Assembly: GCA_950097015.1 (NCBI GenBank)
Contig: CATNEN010000015.1
Coordinates: 372,001-436,000, forward strand
Direction of reading: 5' to 3'
DNA: 64,000 nucleotides
From: Macrostomum hystrix
Lineage: Eukaryota > Animalia > Platyhelminthes
Part shown: positions 12,384-23,660 of the stretch, one piece after another
Numbering within the stretch: position 1 is the stretch's first letter
Layout of the letters: the number at the start of each line of letters is the position of its first letter
Position numbers and translations under genes: made by a program
Notes under the pieces: model-generated
Told to the model about the DNA's origin: nothing
The model's input: only the letters and a program-made list of their open reading frames with translations
The model's database searches: none

Positions 12384-14720
12384 TCAACACGTCAAATGGC
12401 CGCTGCTGCCGCCTTCACAATGGCACCGACACCGCCTGCCCTGCCGCTGCTGTCGGTTCAGCCTGTGCCGGCTTTTCACGCTTCCGACGCCGCAAAATGA
12501 GCCTCCGGCACCGCCGCTAGTGTCTTCGACTGTCCCGGCCGCACAGGCAGAGCGCGCCCGAGTCCCGGCGCCTCGGCAGCAGGCGAGCATCAGGAGAGCG
12601 TCCACGGACTCGAGCAGACCCACAAGGGAGGCTCCCAGCAGCAGGCCCAGAGCTCCGCCTGCATCTGCCAGGAAGGCGGCCAGCGGGTACAGCCACACCT
12701 CCGACACCTGCTGGCCGAGCAGTGAGGCCGGCCGCACCTCCAGCATGCCCGTGTTGCTCTGCAGCACCTTGTGCGCGTGGATGCTGAACGGCTCCGGCCC
12801 CTGCATCTTCTGCAGGTAGGCCTGCACCGGCAGGCTGACATTGCGCCGCTGAGCCTCCGGCTGCACGATCTGCTGCTCGTAGAGGCGCAGGTTCTGCGAG
12901 ATGTAGGCCGCGTGCAGCGTGTCCGTGGACTGGAACCAGGGCCCCGAGTCCACCTCGGCCCGATAGCTGGTGCTCACCGGGTCGGGGTCCGCGGCCTCGA
13001 GTCGAGCCTCGTCGAACGGTCGCGGAAACTGCTTCAGGAAGCAGTCAACGGAGCGCTTGAAGGCGGCGTAGCCGTGCGTGTCCTCAATCCAGCGCATCTC
13101 GCCACCGCCGTCCAGAATGTACAGGTAGCGGCCGACGTACTTCGCCCGTCTGGGGTCGAACTGCAGCAGGATGGACTCGCGCACGCCCACGCAGGAGGGC
13201 CGGTCGGCCAGCGGTTCCGGAACCGGCAGCGAGTCGCTCAGGCAGCCGCAGGTTTCCAGCAGTTCGCGCTGGCGCAAAACCCGCAGGCGGTCCTCGCGTC
13301 GGCTGGCATACCGCCGGCACCATCGACCCTGACCGCCGAAGCAGTAGCTCACCGTTGCCGCGGCAGCTCGCTCCGTCAGGACACCGATGTTGCTTTCGTC
13401 GATCGCTGTGTCGTCGTAGTCGAGTTGGTCCCGCCGGACCTGCTTCATAGTAACTCGCATTGAGGTGATTCGGCCGCTGTTGATGTGGGAGACGCGGTCG
13501 AAGCTCGGCCAGGTCATTGGTGGGTGCAGGGTGGCCGTGTAGCTATGCCGGTGAGTCATGCTGGTCTGCGAGTCGCCAGTCAGCAACCAGTTGCTGGGGC
13601 TTAGCGTGTGCAGCTGCAGCACCAGGCCGGGATTGTCGTGGTCCAGGTGGGTCGCCCGCACAGCCCGCCTGGGCGGGTGGAAGGTAATGCAGGAGCCGTG
13701 CGCCGGGTGGAAGAAGATGGAGAAGTCTTCCATGGAGCAGAGTCGGCCCTGGTAGCTGCAGTAGGCCACCATGTCGAGCGGGCTGAGTACAGCGCTCGAG
13801 TTGATGTAGTAGCGGAAGATGCTCTGCAGGGCCAATCTTGAGGCGTACTCACGCTGGGCCTGTGTGAGGTGCTGCAGCGACATGTTGCCGTACAGGACGT
13901 AGCGCCACAGAGCAGGCGCTGAGGTCACGAGGATGTCAAAGCCGAAGGTCCGGTTGCTGCCTTCAAGCGTGTCGGGCTTGCTGACGTCTCGCCGGAAGAA
14001 AGCGCTCGGCGGGCAGACCGTAACGTCCGGGAAGACGAAGGGCCGCGGCCGGCTGGCGGTCAGGACGCTGCGGCCGCTGCTGAAGGCGGCCCAGAGGCGC
14101 CATAGGTGAAAGCTGCTCAGCGCAACGCAGAGCACCAGGGCCACGACCCAGAGCGACTTTACCGGAGGCGACCGGCGGAGGAACTTCACAGCGAACGGGC
14201 TGAGCTCGCCCCGAGCCATCGGCGCGCCATGGCGCTGCGGCGCACTCTTCGATCGCGTCTGCGGCTGCAGCGGGCACCGAGACGCCGTTGTCAGCGGACG
14301 AGCACCGGCTGGATGACCGTCGAGAGGACCGCCGATGGGCATCAGGTGGTGCTGAAACTGGTGCTGCAGGCGCTGTCTGTGCAGATGATGGCCGCTGCAG
14401 CCGAGGGCCCGAGGCAGAGACGAGAAGGTGCCGGGCAGGCATCCGACGTTGCCGCCGCCACCTCCGGTGCCTCCACCGCCTGCGCTGCCGCTGCCGCTGC
14501 CACTACCGCCGCCGCCAGCACAGCCTCCACCGCAGCCTCCTCCAGAAGTTGTTGACAGAGACGAAGGCGGCTGCTTGCGATGGTGCAGGCTGCCAGCCGC
14601 AGCCAGCGAGGACGAGAACGTGGTCGTGCCGGCTTCGTCGTCGGCCGAATTCTCGTCGAAGTCGAAGCTGTAGCGGCCGAGCATGGAGGCCAGGTCTATG
14701 GGCCGGTGGTCCAGGTCCAT
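12384..14720 (-). CDS. Intronless DEG/ENaC (amiloride-sensitive Na+ channel superfamily) subunit, about 778 aa from the ATG at 14720
   Basis: One uninterrupted ORF with family motifs: TM1 (SLWVVALVLCVALSSFHLW), post-TM1 FPDVTVC (cf. FPAVTxC), CSYQGRLCSMEDF..HPAHGSCITF (cf. CxFxGxxC...YGxCYTF), GLVLQL, CGC in the thumb, and pre-TM2/TM2 YPLAAFLADAGGALGLLLGASLVGLLE with the GAS filter. The ORF-track start at 14750 is TTG; the first ATG gives MDLDHRP. Confidence 0.92.
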   Translation of the reverse strand: MDLDHRPIDLASMLGRYSFDFDENSADDEAGTTTFSSSLAAAGSLHHRKQPPSSLSTTSGGGCGGGCAGGGGSGSGSGSAGGGGTGGGGGNVGCLPGTFSSLPRALGCSGHHLHRQRLQHQFQHHLMPIGGPLDGHPAGARPLTTASRCPLQPQTRSKSAPQRHGAPMARGELSPFAVKFLRRSPPVKSLWVVALVLCVALSSFHLWRLWAAFSSGRSVLTASRPRPFVFPDVTVCPPSAFFRRDVSKPDTLEGSNRTFGFDILVTSAPALWRYVLYGNMSLQHLTQAQREYASRLALQSIFRYYINSSAVLSPLDMVAYCSYQGRLCSMEDFSIFFHPAHGSCITFHPPRRAVRATHLDHDNPGLVLQLHTLSPSNWLLTGDSQTSMTHRHSYTATLHPPMTWPSFDRVSHINSGRITSMRVTMKQVRRDQLDYDDTAIDESNIGVLTERAAAATVSYCFGGQGRWCRRYASRREDRLRVLRQRELLETCGCLSDSLPVPEPLADRPSCVGVRESILLQFDPRRAKYVGRYLYILDGGGEMRWIEDTHGYAAFKRSVDCFLKQFPRPFDEARLEAADPDPVSTSYRAEVDSGPWFQSTDTLHAAYISQNLRLYEQQIVQPEAQRRNVSLPVQAYLQKMQGPEPFSIHAHKVLQSNTGMLEVRPASLLGQQVSEVWLYPLAAFLADAGGALGLLLGASLVGLLESVDALLMLACCRGAGTRARSACAAGTVEDTSGGAGGSFCGVGSVKSRHRLNRQQRQGRRCRCHCEGGSSGHLTC

Positions 14721-14996
14721 TGGGTGGATCGGCACTGGCTGAGCAAGCAAGTTGAGCAGTTTAGAATTAATGCAATGCTTTGAGCGATAGTGGCTACAAT
14801 AGCTGCGGAGACGGCATCCCGGAGTCTCAAGCAGCTGTCGGTATAACTGTGAGCAGTTCTGAGCTCACAGGGCGGGTCCAGGAAGGTGTTGACGCAGGTT
14901 GCGCTGTGGTTAGCAGCTGCTGCGCTCGCCAGTTTTATGACGGCAATAACTTTCAGAGCGGCAATTTCAGCCAGAGTCAGGAGGGTAGCTGGCGGA

Positions 14997-15037
14997 CCAA
15001 TGAGGGCACAGCTGGCTGTGAGGTCCGGGCAACCAAT
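14997..15037 (-). promoter_or_regulatory. Possible paired CCAAT boxes about 280-320 bp upstream of the DEG/ENaC ATG
   Basis: CCAAT at 14997-15001 and 15033-15037 in GC-rich context; positional inference only. Confidence 0.2.
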
Positions 15038-15814
15038 GGCTGGGCTGGGCCGAGTCTCCAAGTGTGCTGGGTGGAGCAGCGGCAATCAATTGATGCGATC
15101 ATCAATTTCCTTGATAAAGCACTCCAAGTGGAGTTTAATGCTTTCACCAAGGGCTGCCGAGGTATCCAGGTGGGATATTTATTTCTGCCAACCTGCAGAA
15201 GTGCAGCGCCACTGTTATCATGGCCGGTCCAAAGAAGTTCAGGTGAAAAATTGTTTAAAAAATGAGCGCGCAGCTGCCGCTGTGACAGCCAGCAGCCACC
15301 TGCCACTGCCTCCTCGCCTTCTTATTTCAAGTGCATTCCATTACCGGCCCCGGTGGGAGAAAGTGTGCAGCCAGGACAAGTCCCCACCCCAGCTAGATCT
15401 GTGGGCAGATAGAGGCCGTGTGTCAGTGACTCGGGCTCTCAGTTACAATCGACCGGCTGAGAAGTTCTCGGCTCCGGGCGGGTGGCGGCCGCGGGGGGTA
15501 CAGTCGGCGGCGATTAAACTAGGAAATTAAAAAGCCAGAAGCAGTTTTGGAGTGGGGAGCGGGGAACTGGGAATCGGAACCTGTTGGACCCGTGTCGGGC
15601 TGGCTGTGCGCGTGGCGCCAGTGGCTGCAGGGGCCATCCTGCCATTGTCTGACTCCGAAACTGACCGCTGCCCCTCCCAACCCAGAATATTTTCAATTGA
15701 ATTCTCCTTTCAACCAGTGGATGATCCTGCGGCTGGCATGCATCGACATTGATTAGCTGTGAACTTTTCGTTACCGACTTGCTTCCTGACCACCTTTATC
15801 TGCCTCTATCAATC

Positions 15815-17040
15815 CCTATCAGCCTTTATTAATCTCTATCAGTCTCAATCCATTCTAACCAGTCTCTATTCACTCCTATCAATCTCTATTCACTCCTATC
15901 AATATCTATTCATCCCTATCAATATCTATTCATCCCAATCAATCTCTATTCATCCCTATCAATCTCTATTCACCCCTATCAATCTCTATTCATCCCTATC
16001 AATCTCTATTCATCCCTATCAATCTCTATTCATCCCAATCAATCTCTATTCATCCCTATCAATCTCTATTCATCCCTATCAATCTCTATTCACCCCTATC
16101 AATCTCTATTCACCCCTATCAATCTCTATTCATCCCAATCAATCTCTATTCATCCCTATCAATCTCTATTCACCCCTATCAATCTCTATTCATCCCTATC
16201 AATCTCTATTCATCCCTATCAATCTCTATTCACCCCTATCAATCTCTATTCATCCCTATCAATCTCTATTCATCCCTATCAATCTCTATTCACCCCTATC
16301 AATCTCTATTCATCCCTATCAATCTCTATTCATCCCTATCAATCTCTATTCATCCCAATCAATCTCTATTCACCCCTATCAATCTCTATTCATCCCAATC
16401 AATCTCTATTCACCCCAATCAATCTCTATTCACCCCTATCAATCTCTATTCATCCCAATCAATCTCTATTCACCCCTATCAATCTCTATTCATCCCAATC
16501 AATCTCTATTCACCCCTATCAATCTCTATTCACCCCTATCAATCTCTATTCACCCCTATCAATCTCTATTCACCCCTATCAATCTCTATTCACCCCTATC
16601 AATCTCTATTCATCCCTATCAATCTCTATTCATCCCTATCAATCTCTATTCACCCCTATCAATCTCTATTCATCCCTATCAATCTCTATTCATCCCTATC
16701 AATCTCTATTCACCCCTATCAATCTCTATTCATCCCAATCAATCTCTATTCACCCCTATCAATCTCTATTCATCCCAATCAATCTCTATTCACCCCAATC
16801 AATCTCTATTCACCCCTATCAATCTCTATTCATCCCAATCAATCTCTATTCACCCCTATCAATCTCTATTCATCCCAATCAATCTCTATTCACCCCTATC
16901 AATCTCTATTCACCCCTATCAATCTCTATTCACCCCTATCAATCTCTATTCACCCCTATCAATCTCTATTCATCCCTATCAATCTCTATTCATCCCTATC
17001 AGCCTCTATCCATCCCTATCCAACTATACTAATCTCTATC
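15815..17040. repeat. Minisatellite, 20-bp unit AATCTCTATTCA(T/C)CCC(T/A)ATC
   Basis: Direct reading; in register with the 10-nt blocks for more than 1 kb. Confidence 0.97.
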
Positions 17041-17589
17041 TGATAACCGATTGTCCCTCAGTTATAATTTTAGCTCGCATTTTACCCTTGTTTCGGCTAT
17101 CACGCAACTTCATTATCTGTTTCTATCCAACTTACAATTATCGATTTGGTTCTTTCATTTTCGCATTTCCTTTGATGAGCTGGCAGTCGGACTTTTTGAG
17201 CACGCAAAGTTTTCCTTTAGCATTTTGTTTTCCTATTGTTGAGCAAGTGCTGAGCACTGCTCAATGGGAGGAGGAGCAACAGAAACGGGTTTTGTACGGG
17301 TGAGACCGGATGCTCGGGGACCGGGGTCGGTGGTTGGGAAATATTTCATGGGCTGCTATGTCAGTCAAGGCTTTGAGTTGCTCGTCTTTGTCCCATTGCT
17401 TTAGGCTGTTGGAGCAGATTTTAGTGAGGCCTGCAGAGACTCTGAGCTTGCCGGGGGGTCTGAGCAGCGACTCTGAGAACTGGGCTCGCGGTATAGCCAC
17501 TGGGAATTTGTAGTACTAAATCTTCCTTATAAGTACTTGCTGCATATTTTATAAGCGGAATCAGACACGAACAGTGGGCTAGATAGAAT

Positions 17590-18335
17590 ATGGGAGAAAG
17601 GAAGATGATGGGGGAGAAAGGTGAGGGAAGAAAATGGGAGAATGAGGAGAAAATATGGGGAGAAAAATGTGTAGAAGATGGGGAGAGGAAGAAAAAAAGA
17701 ATTTGCCGCAAGTTCTGTTACAGGTGAAGAAGATGGGGAGAAAGGGGAGAAGAAGATGGGGGAGAAAGGGGAGAAGAAGATGGGGAGAAAGGGGAGAAGA
17801 AGATAGGGAGAAAGGGGAGAAGAAGATGGGGAGAAAGGGGAGAAGAAGATGGGGAGAAAGGGGGGGAAGAAGATGGGGAGAAAGGGGAGAAGAAGATGGG
17901 GAGAAAGGGGGGGAAGAAGATTGGAGAGAAAGGGGAGAAGAAGATGGGGAGAAAGGGGGGAAGAAGATGGGGAGAAAGAGGGGAAGAAGATGGGAGAAAG
18001 GGGGGAAGAAGATGGGGAGAAAGAGGGGAAGAAGATGGGAGAAAGGGGAGAAGAAGATGGGGAGAAAGGGGGAAGGAGATTGGGGAGAAAGGGGAGAAGA
18101 AGATCGGGGACAAAGGGGAGAAGAAGATAGGGAGAAAGGGGAGAAGAAGATGGGGAGAAAGAGGGGAAGAAGATGGGAGAAAGGGGAGAAGAACATGGAG
18201 AGAAAGGGGAGAAGAAGATGGGGAGAAAGGGGAGAAGAAGATGGGGAGAAAGGGGGGGAAGAAGATTGGAGAGAAAGGGGAGAAGAAGATGGGGAGAAGG
18301 AGGGGAAGAAGATGAGAGAAAGGGGAGAAGAAGAT
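17590..18335. repeat. Purine-rich minisatellite, about 23-bp unit GAGAAAGGGGAGAAGAAGATGGG
   Basis: Direct reading; nearly pure purine plus strand with variable G-run length. Confidence 0.94.
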
Positions 18336-19374
18336 TTGGAAAGCTTTTGGGTAAAGTGGAACAGAGGGGACACAGGCCAGCTAGGTAAGCCGAATGGCGA
18401 ACGCAGGGATGTTCGTGGGCAGGTGGGTGCATTGGTTCTCCTCTCTTTCTGCCTCCCTTCTAAAAGCCTTGCCACGGATTGCCGCAGTTCTGTAAGAGGC
18501 CAGGTGCAAATTGGCTTAAAGGGCAATTGCTCTGTCTGCAGCCGGCCGGGGTCTCCATCATTTGTTTTAGCGCGGCGGCTTGTCAGTCACCCGGCCCGCT
18601 GACAGCTCCGCAGCCGCCGCCGCCGCCGAGGCCGTCTTCTTGACGCGGTCGGCAGAAGCCGCGAGATTCAACAGAAACCCCGGGGGCCCCTCGGGGAGAG
18701 AAAATTGTCGGGATCTGCCGAGCCTAAACTCCGGCTGGGGATTATTTCAAAGTGGGGAACCCGCTCCCATCAGCTGGGATAATCTGGCAGGGAAGAATGC
18801 AAGTTTGCTGAAGTTTTCGACTAAATTTACCTTGGCGATTAGCAAAGTGAAACCCAGATTAGGGATTTGCTTTGACAACCCAGTGGCCGCGACCCTGTCC
18901 ACTCTCGTGAAGGGAAGAGGAAGGGGATAGAGGAATGGGTGAGAAAGGGAGCGGAAGGGGAGAGAGAGAGCAAGGGGAAGCATGTATTGTTACTGCATCA
19001 GTCAATAGTATCTGATCGCAAGCCACTCGATTTTTCAATTCGATAAAACTGCAACTGAAAATGGATTGTCGATGGTCTCCTTGGCAACAGAGCTTCGTTC
19101 GTTGTGAAACGCATAAGATTTTCTGTTCTGAAGTTGGACACAAAGGGCGCTTATCATGGTGGCTATCTTGAGTACGTGCCACGTCACTGCTCACAGTCAT
19201 ATTCTGATTCTGCTTGATGTCATGCGTCAGTGGGCAGGACACTCTGAGCGAGGCCGTTGCCGAAGCCATTTGCATTCGGGAACTTTTGGACTTTAGGACC
19301 AACACTGGGACTGAGTGGAATAGCGGAGACTAATAACAGGACCACGAAAGGAAATTGAGGACCACAAGTAGATC

Positions 19375-19792
19375 TAGAGGACCAACAATAGGACCACGAA
19401 GAGAGCATGAGGACCAACAATAGGACCACGAAGAGAACATGAGGACCAACAACAGGACCTCGAAGAGAACATGAGGACCAACAATAGGACCACGAAGAGA
19501 ACATGAGGACCAACAATAGGACCTCGAAGAGAACATGAGGACCAACAACAGGACCTCGAAGAGAACATGAGGACCAACAATAGGACCACGAAGAGAACAT
19601 GAGGACCAACAACAGGACCTCGAAGAGAACATGAGGACCAACAATAGGACCACGAAGAGAGCATGAGGACCAACAATAGGACCACGAAGAGAACATGAGG
19701 ACCAACAACAGGACCTCGAAGAGAACATGAGGACCAACAATAGGACCACGAAGAGAACATGAGGACCAACAATAGGACCACAAAAAGAACAT
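19375..19792. repeat. Minisatellite, 32-bp unit GAGGACCAACAATAGGACCACGAAGAGAACAT, about 13 copies
   Basis: Direct reading. Two alternating variants (AATAGGACCA and AACAGGACCT) and no spacers. Confidence 0.95.
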
Positions 19793-20394
19793 GTTTACCT
19801 AGAATAGGAATTAGAACCTACTCGTGCAAATATTTGTTCTGAGAAGGAAATCTCAAAAACGGGCTCCAAAAATTGATTCCAAATGAAACATTCGCAAACT
19901 GCTGAAATCCAACACGCAAATTTGGCAATAAATTCTCCCCGGTAAAAAGGGAGTTACTTTTGCCAGTGCATTCCCTGATCCCCTGTCCTCCCCACACTTT
20001 TCCCAGACGAGTTTTAGTGAAGTGAGCGGCTTCCGCAAACAGAATGGGCATCGCTGATTGCTATTTGTGGGCGGGCTGCTCTGTTTGAGGATTATTCTTC
20101 CCTTCCTGGGGAAAATATCCCCCCCTCGGAACAGGCACACAGGAGTCGGTAGAACTATTTTTCAAAGTCCTCACTGGGGGTGATTTTCTAAAACGACAAG
20201 TTAGTAGTCTGAGCACTTCTCCCAGTAGCTCTTCTGAGAAGCGCAGGTCGTCTGGTCAGATGGGAATTGCCGTTTCTTGGCCGGCAAACCGATATGCTCA
20301 TGATCTGCATCTGGAAACTGGAGAATGGGAGACAAATAGCTTTGAATATATTAAATGGCAGTCCCGATGGCGAAGAGCTGCGGAATTCTAACCG

Positions 20395-20915
20395 GATAGA
20401 CAAGGAAAGAGATTGACAGACAGGAATAGAGATCGATAGAAATCGATAGAGGTTGATAGACATGGATAGACATGGATATAGATGGATAGAAAGGGATAGA
20501 CATGGATAGATAAGTGACGAGGTTGATTCAAATGTTCTATGGACATATTTAAGCTAGCAGTTGTCCAGAACAAGCTAAAACATGGATAGACATGGATAGA
20601 CATGGATAGACATAGATAGACATGGATATAGATGGATAGGTATGGATAGACATGGATAGACATGGATAGATAAGTGACGAGGTTAATTCAAATGTTCTAT
20701 GGACATGTTTAAGCTAGCAGTTGTCCAGAACAAGCTAAAACATGGATAGACATGGATAGACATGGATAGACATAGATAGACATGGATATAGATGGATAGG
20801 TATGGATAGACATGGATAGACATGGATAGATAAGTGACGAGGTTAATTCAACTGTTCTATGGACATGTTTAAGCTAGCAGTTGTCCAGAACAAGCTAAAA
20901 CATGGATAGACATGG
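20395..20915. repeat. Composite repeat: (CATGGATAGA)n decamer runs alternating with three copies of a 70-bp unit
   Basis: 70-bp copies at 20511-20580, 20671-20740 and 20831-20900 (160-bp period), separated by 9 decamers. Confidence 0.95.
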
Positions 20916-21578
20916 ATCGCCCTGACGTCGGTGACTCATGAAACAGATAAATTAGTGAATAATTGTGAATTCACATGATGAGCTGGAAGGATGAGGTGAG
21001 AAACAAAATTACAAAAAACAAAGGAAACGGCCAGAAGAAGACTGATGTTTTGGGGCGGGGCCCGTTCGAGCTATGCGGGCTCGAGCAGGGAGGACCAGCA
21101 GCTGGGGATAATTGCTGCATCGAGTGTCAGGGGGTGAGTTCGATGGCAGGTGCCGAGTGCCCCCACGGCTTCCGCGGCCCGCATCGCTGCAAGAATCCGC
21201 CACCTCCCTCAACTCGCGCTCGACTCGCTTTGTCAATTGAGGTGCACTTCCTGCGCTCATTGCTGGCTGAGCAGCTGATGGTGCTGCTGTGGGTTGGTGG
21301 CATTGTTTGTTTTCAGCTTTTGTAGCTCAAGTTAAATCAGTTAATATTGAATCCAGCGTTTTTCACACATAACAAACAAAGCGTTTATTTCGTTAACTTT
21401 CAATTCTGATCGTTACTTCGAGATTGAAGTCCTATCTCGTTAATATTTAAGAACAGGTTTTTATTTAACAGATTTTTCAAGTCTTGAGTTTATTCGTTAC
21501 TTCGTTATAGCGCAGAAAAGTTTCATCCAAATGGTGGACTCTCAAGAAAACCGTTCATTCGGTCTTGGACCTATACAA

Positions 21579-21760
21579 GGGGTTGTAGCTTTGTGGTTAG
21601 AGCACTTTACTCACGACTTGAAGGTCGGAGGTTCGATTCCCGACTTGCCTGCAACAATCGGTACCAGAATTAGCAGGGGTAATTGAGGCTGTATGTGGCG
21701 TCCCTCCAGTCCATGGACTGAACAGCCGTACGCAGCCTTCAAATTCGCTATTATTCGCTA
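21579..21760 (+). mobile_element. tRNA-derived SINE-like element (tRNA head, body, TATTCGC-type repeated tail)
   Basis: A-box TAGCTTTGTGGTTAGAGC, B-box GGTTCGATTCC, anticodon-loop-like CTCACGA with an unpaired stem. Body 21695-21738 matches 41760-41802 (minus) at 38/44 nt. It ends in the short repeat ATTCGCTATTATTCGCTATTT. Confidence 0.7.
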
Positions 21761-22041
21761 TTTAATTTGATAATGCACGCGTTTGAGTACAAAGCTCGAA
21801 TCCGGCCGTGTCTCCATGCTCAAATGAGTCGAGTCCCGCCCCCCCCACCATCAATCACGGCCCGGACCGCAACCGGACCGCGGCCTGAGCAGCTTCGCTC
21901 AGAACCCATGCCGGAGCAGTTTGTCAACACAGCTCAGTCTGCCTTGGCAAACATTTGAGCTGTTCCAGTTGTCCTAGAGAGCAGCTGAATGTGACCCGAA
22001 CTGTGCTCAGCTAATTCTGATCGAGTTGCTCTGCAAGCCTG

Positions 22042-22095
22042 ATAGACAGATAGATAGATAGATAGATAGATATACATATAGATAGATAGACAGAC

Positions 22096-22132
<37 letters not shown>

Positions 22133-22164
22133 TACATATAGATAGATAGATAGATAGATAGATA
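22042..22164. repeat. (GATA)n / (GACA)n microsatellite
   Basis: Direct reading. Confidence 0.97.
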
Positions 22165-22635
22165 ACACACACACATACTCACTCCTGTGTACTCCTGGCT
22201 TGACTTGGTAAACTTGAAATCGAACTGAAGGACCCTCCGACTGTCACAGCTCTCAAAAGAAAATGAAACAATGTCAAAAGAAATGGCCCCAGAATGCAAA
22301 ATCGAAACTGGGGAAGTTTTGAAGGCTTTGATCGCATGCGAAGATACAATTTAAGACAGCCCAGCCCGGCCAGGAGGTCCCGATCAAAAGGCGGTGAGCT
22401 GAATCTCGGCCGGACTTTTGACTGCTCCTCCCGAAGGCAAAGCTGTCCGTGATCGCTGATGATAGGCATGACTATCGAACTCTGTCGATCGGGATGCGAG
22501 CTAGAGATTGCTTTGTAGCGGCACGTCCATCAGTGCTCAAACATGCCCGCTGGGCGTCATTGAGAACTCTAGGAAAGCGGCGACACACACGACTGGCGGC
22601 TACTCAACTCAGAAACAATCAGCGGCCTCAGCGAA

Positions 22636-23355
22636 GGGAAGGTAGACAGACAGGTAGAGAAGGTAGACAGGTAGGGATGGTAGACAGGTAGGGAAGGTAG
22701 ACAGGTAGGGAAGGTAGACAGGTAGGGATGGTAGACAGGTAGGGAAGGTAGACAGGTAGGGATGGTAGACAGGTAGGAAAGGTGGACAGGTAGGGAAGGT
22801 AGACAGGTAGGGAAGGTAGACAGGTAGAGAAGGTAGACAGGTAGGGATGGTAGACAGGTAGGGAAGGTAGACAGGTAGGGAAGGTAGACAGGTAGGGCAG
22901 GTAGATCGGTAGGGAAGGTAGACAGGTAGGGATGGTAGACAGGTAGGAAAGGTAGACATGTAGGGATGGTAGACAGGTAGGAAAGGTGGACAGGTAGGGA
23001 AGGTAGATCGGTAGGGAAGGTAGACAGGTAGGGATGGTAGACAGGTAGGAAAGGTAGACAGGTAGGGAAGGTAGATCGGTAGGGAAGGTAGACAGGTAGG
23101 GAGGTAGACAGGTAGGGATGGTAGACAGGTAGGAAAGATAGACAGGTAGGAAAGGTAGACAGATAGGGAAGGTAGACAGGTAGAGAAGGTAGACAGGTAG
23201 GAATGGTAGACAGGTAGGGAAGGTAGACAGGTAGGGAAGGTAGACAGGTAGGGAAGGTGGACAGGTAGGGGAGGTAGACAGGTAGGGAAGGTAGGTAGGG
23301 GAGGTAGACAGGTAGGGAAGGTAGGTAGGGGAGGTAGACAGGTAGAGAAGGTAGG
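22636..23355 (+). repeat. Minisatellite, 17-bp unit GGTAGACAGGTAGGGAA (left arm of an inverted pair)
   Basis: Direct reading. Confidence 0.96.
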
Positions 23356-23660
23356 CAAGCAGGGCAGGTAATCCTTGAAATGGAAATGGATGAGCAGTGA
23401 AAACTCCGCGCGGCAAATGAACTCAGCAAGGTTTTTACGCCTGTGAGCAGTGGTAACTGACGGTAAGCTATCCTGGCGCACCGCTGAAAGGACAAGCAAA
23501 AGGCATAGTTATGGATTTCTGCCACAAGTTGGGGACTTCTTTTGCAGCCGTTGGAGACACAGAAACTCGGCCGGGCAATCAATGTTTCCAGACAGCTAAC
23601 CGATTGCTTCAATTTGCTGCTGCGGGCGCTTCCTTGCTGCCGAGAACTGGCAGGATTATT

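Noticed and set aside
12352-14755. Plus-strand and alternative-frame ORFs overlapping the DEG/ENaC CDS
   Set aside because: Shadow ORFs caused by GC-rich codon usage; no recognisable motifs.
19375-20915. CRISPR-like appearance of the 32-bp array and the 70-bp/decamer composite
   Set aside because: No unique spacers, no cas genes, and a eukaryotic intron-containing context.
21579-21652. Functional tRNA-Val(CAC) gene
   Set aside because: The anticodon and acceptor stems do not pair, and the sequence continues into a repeated body; treated as a SINE head.
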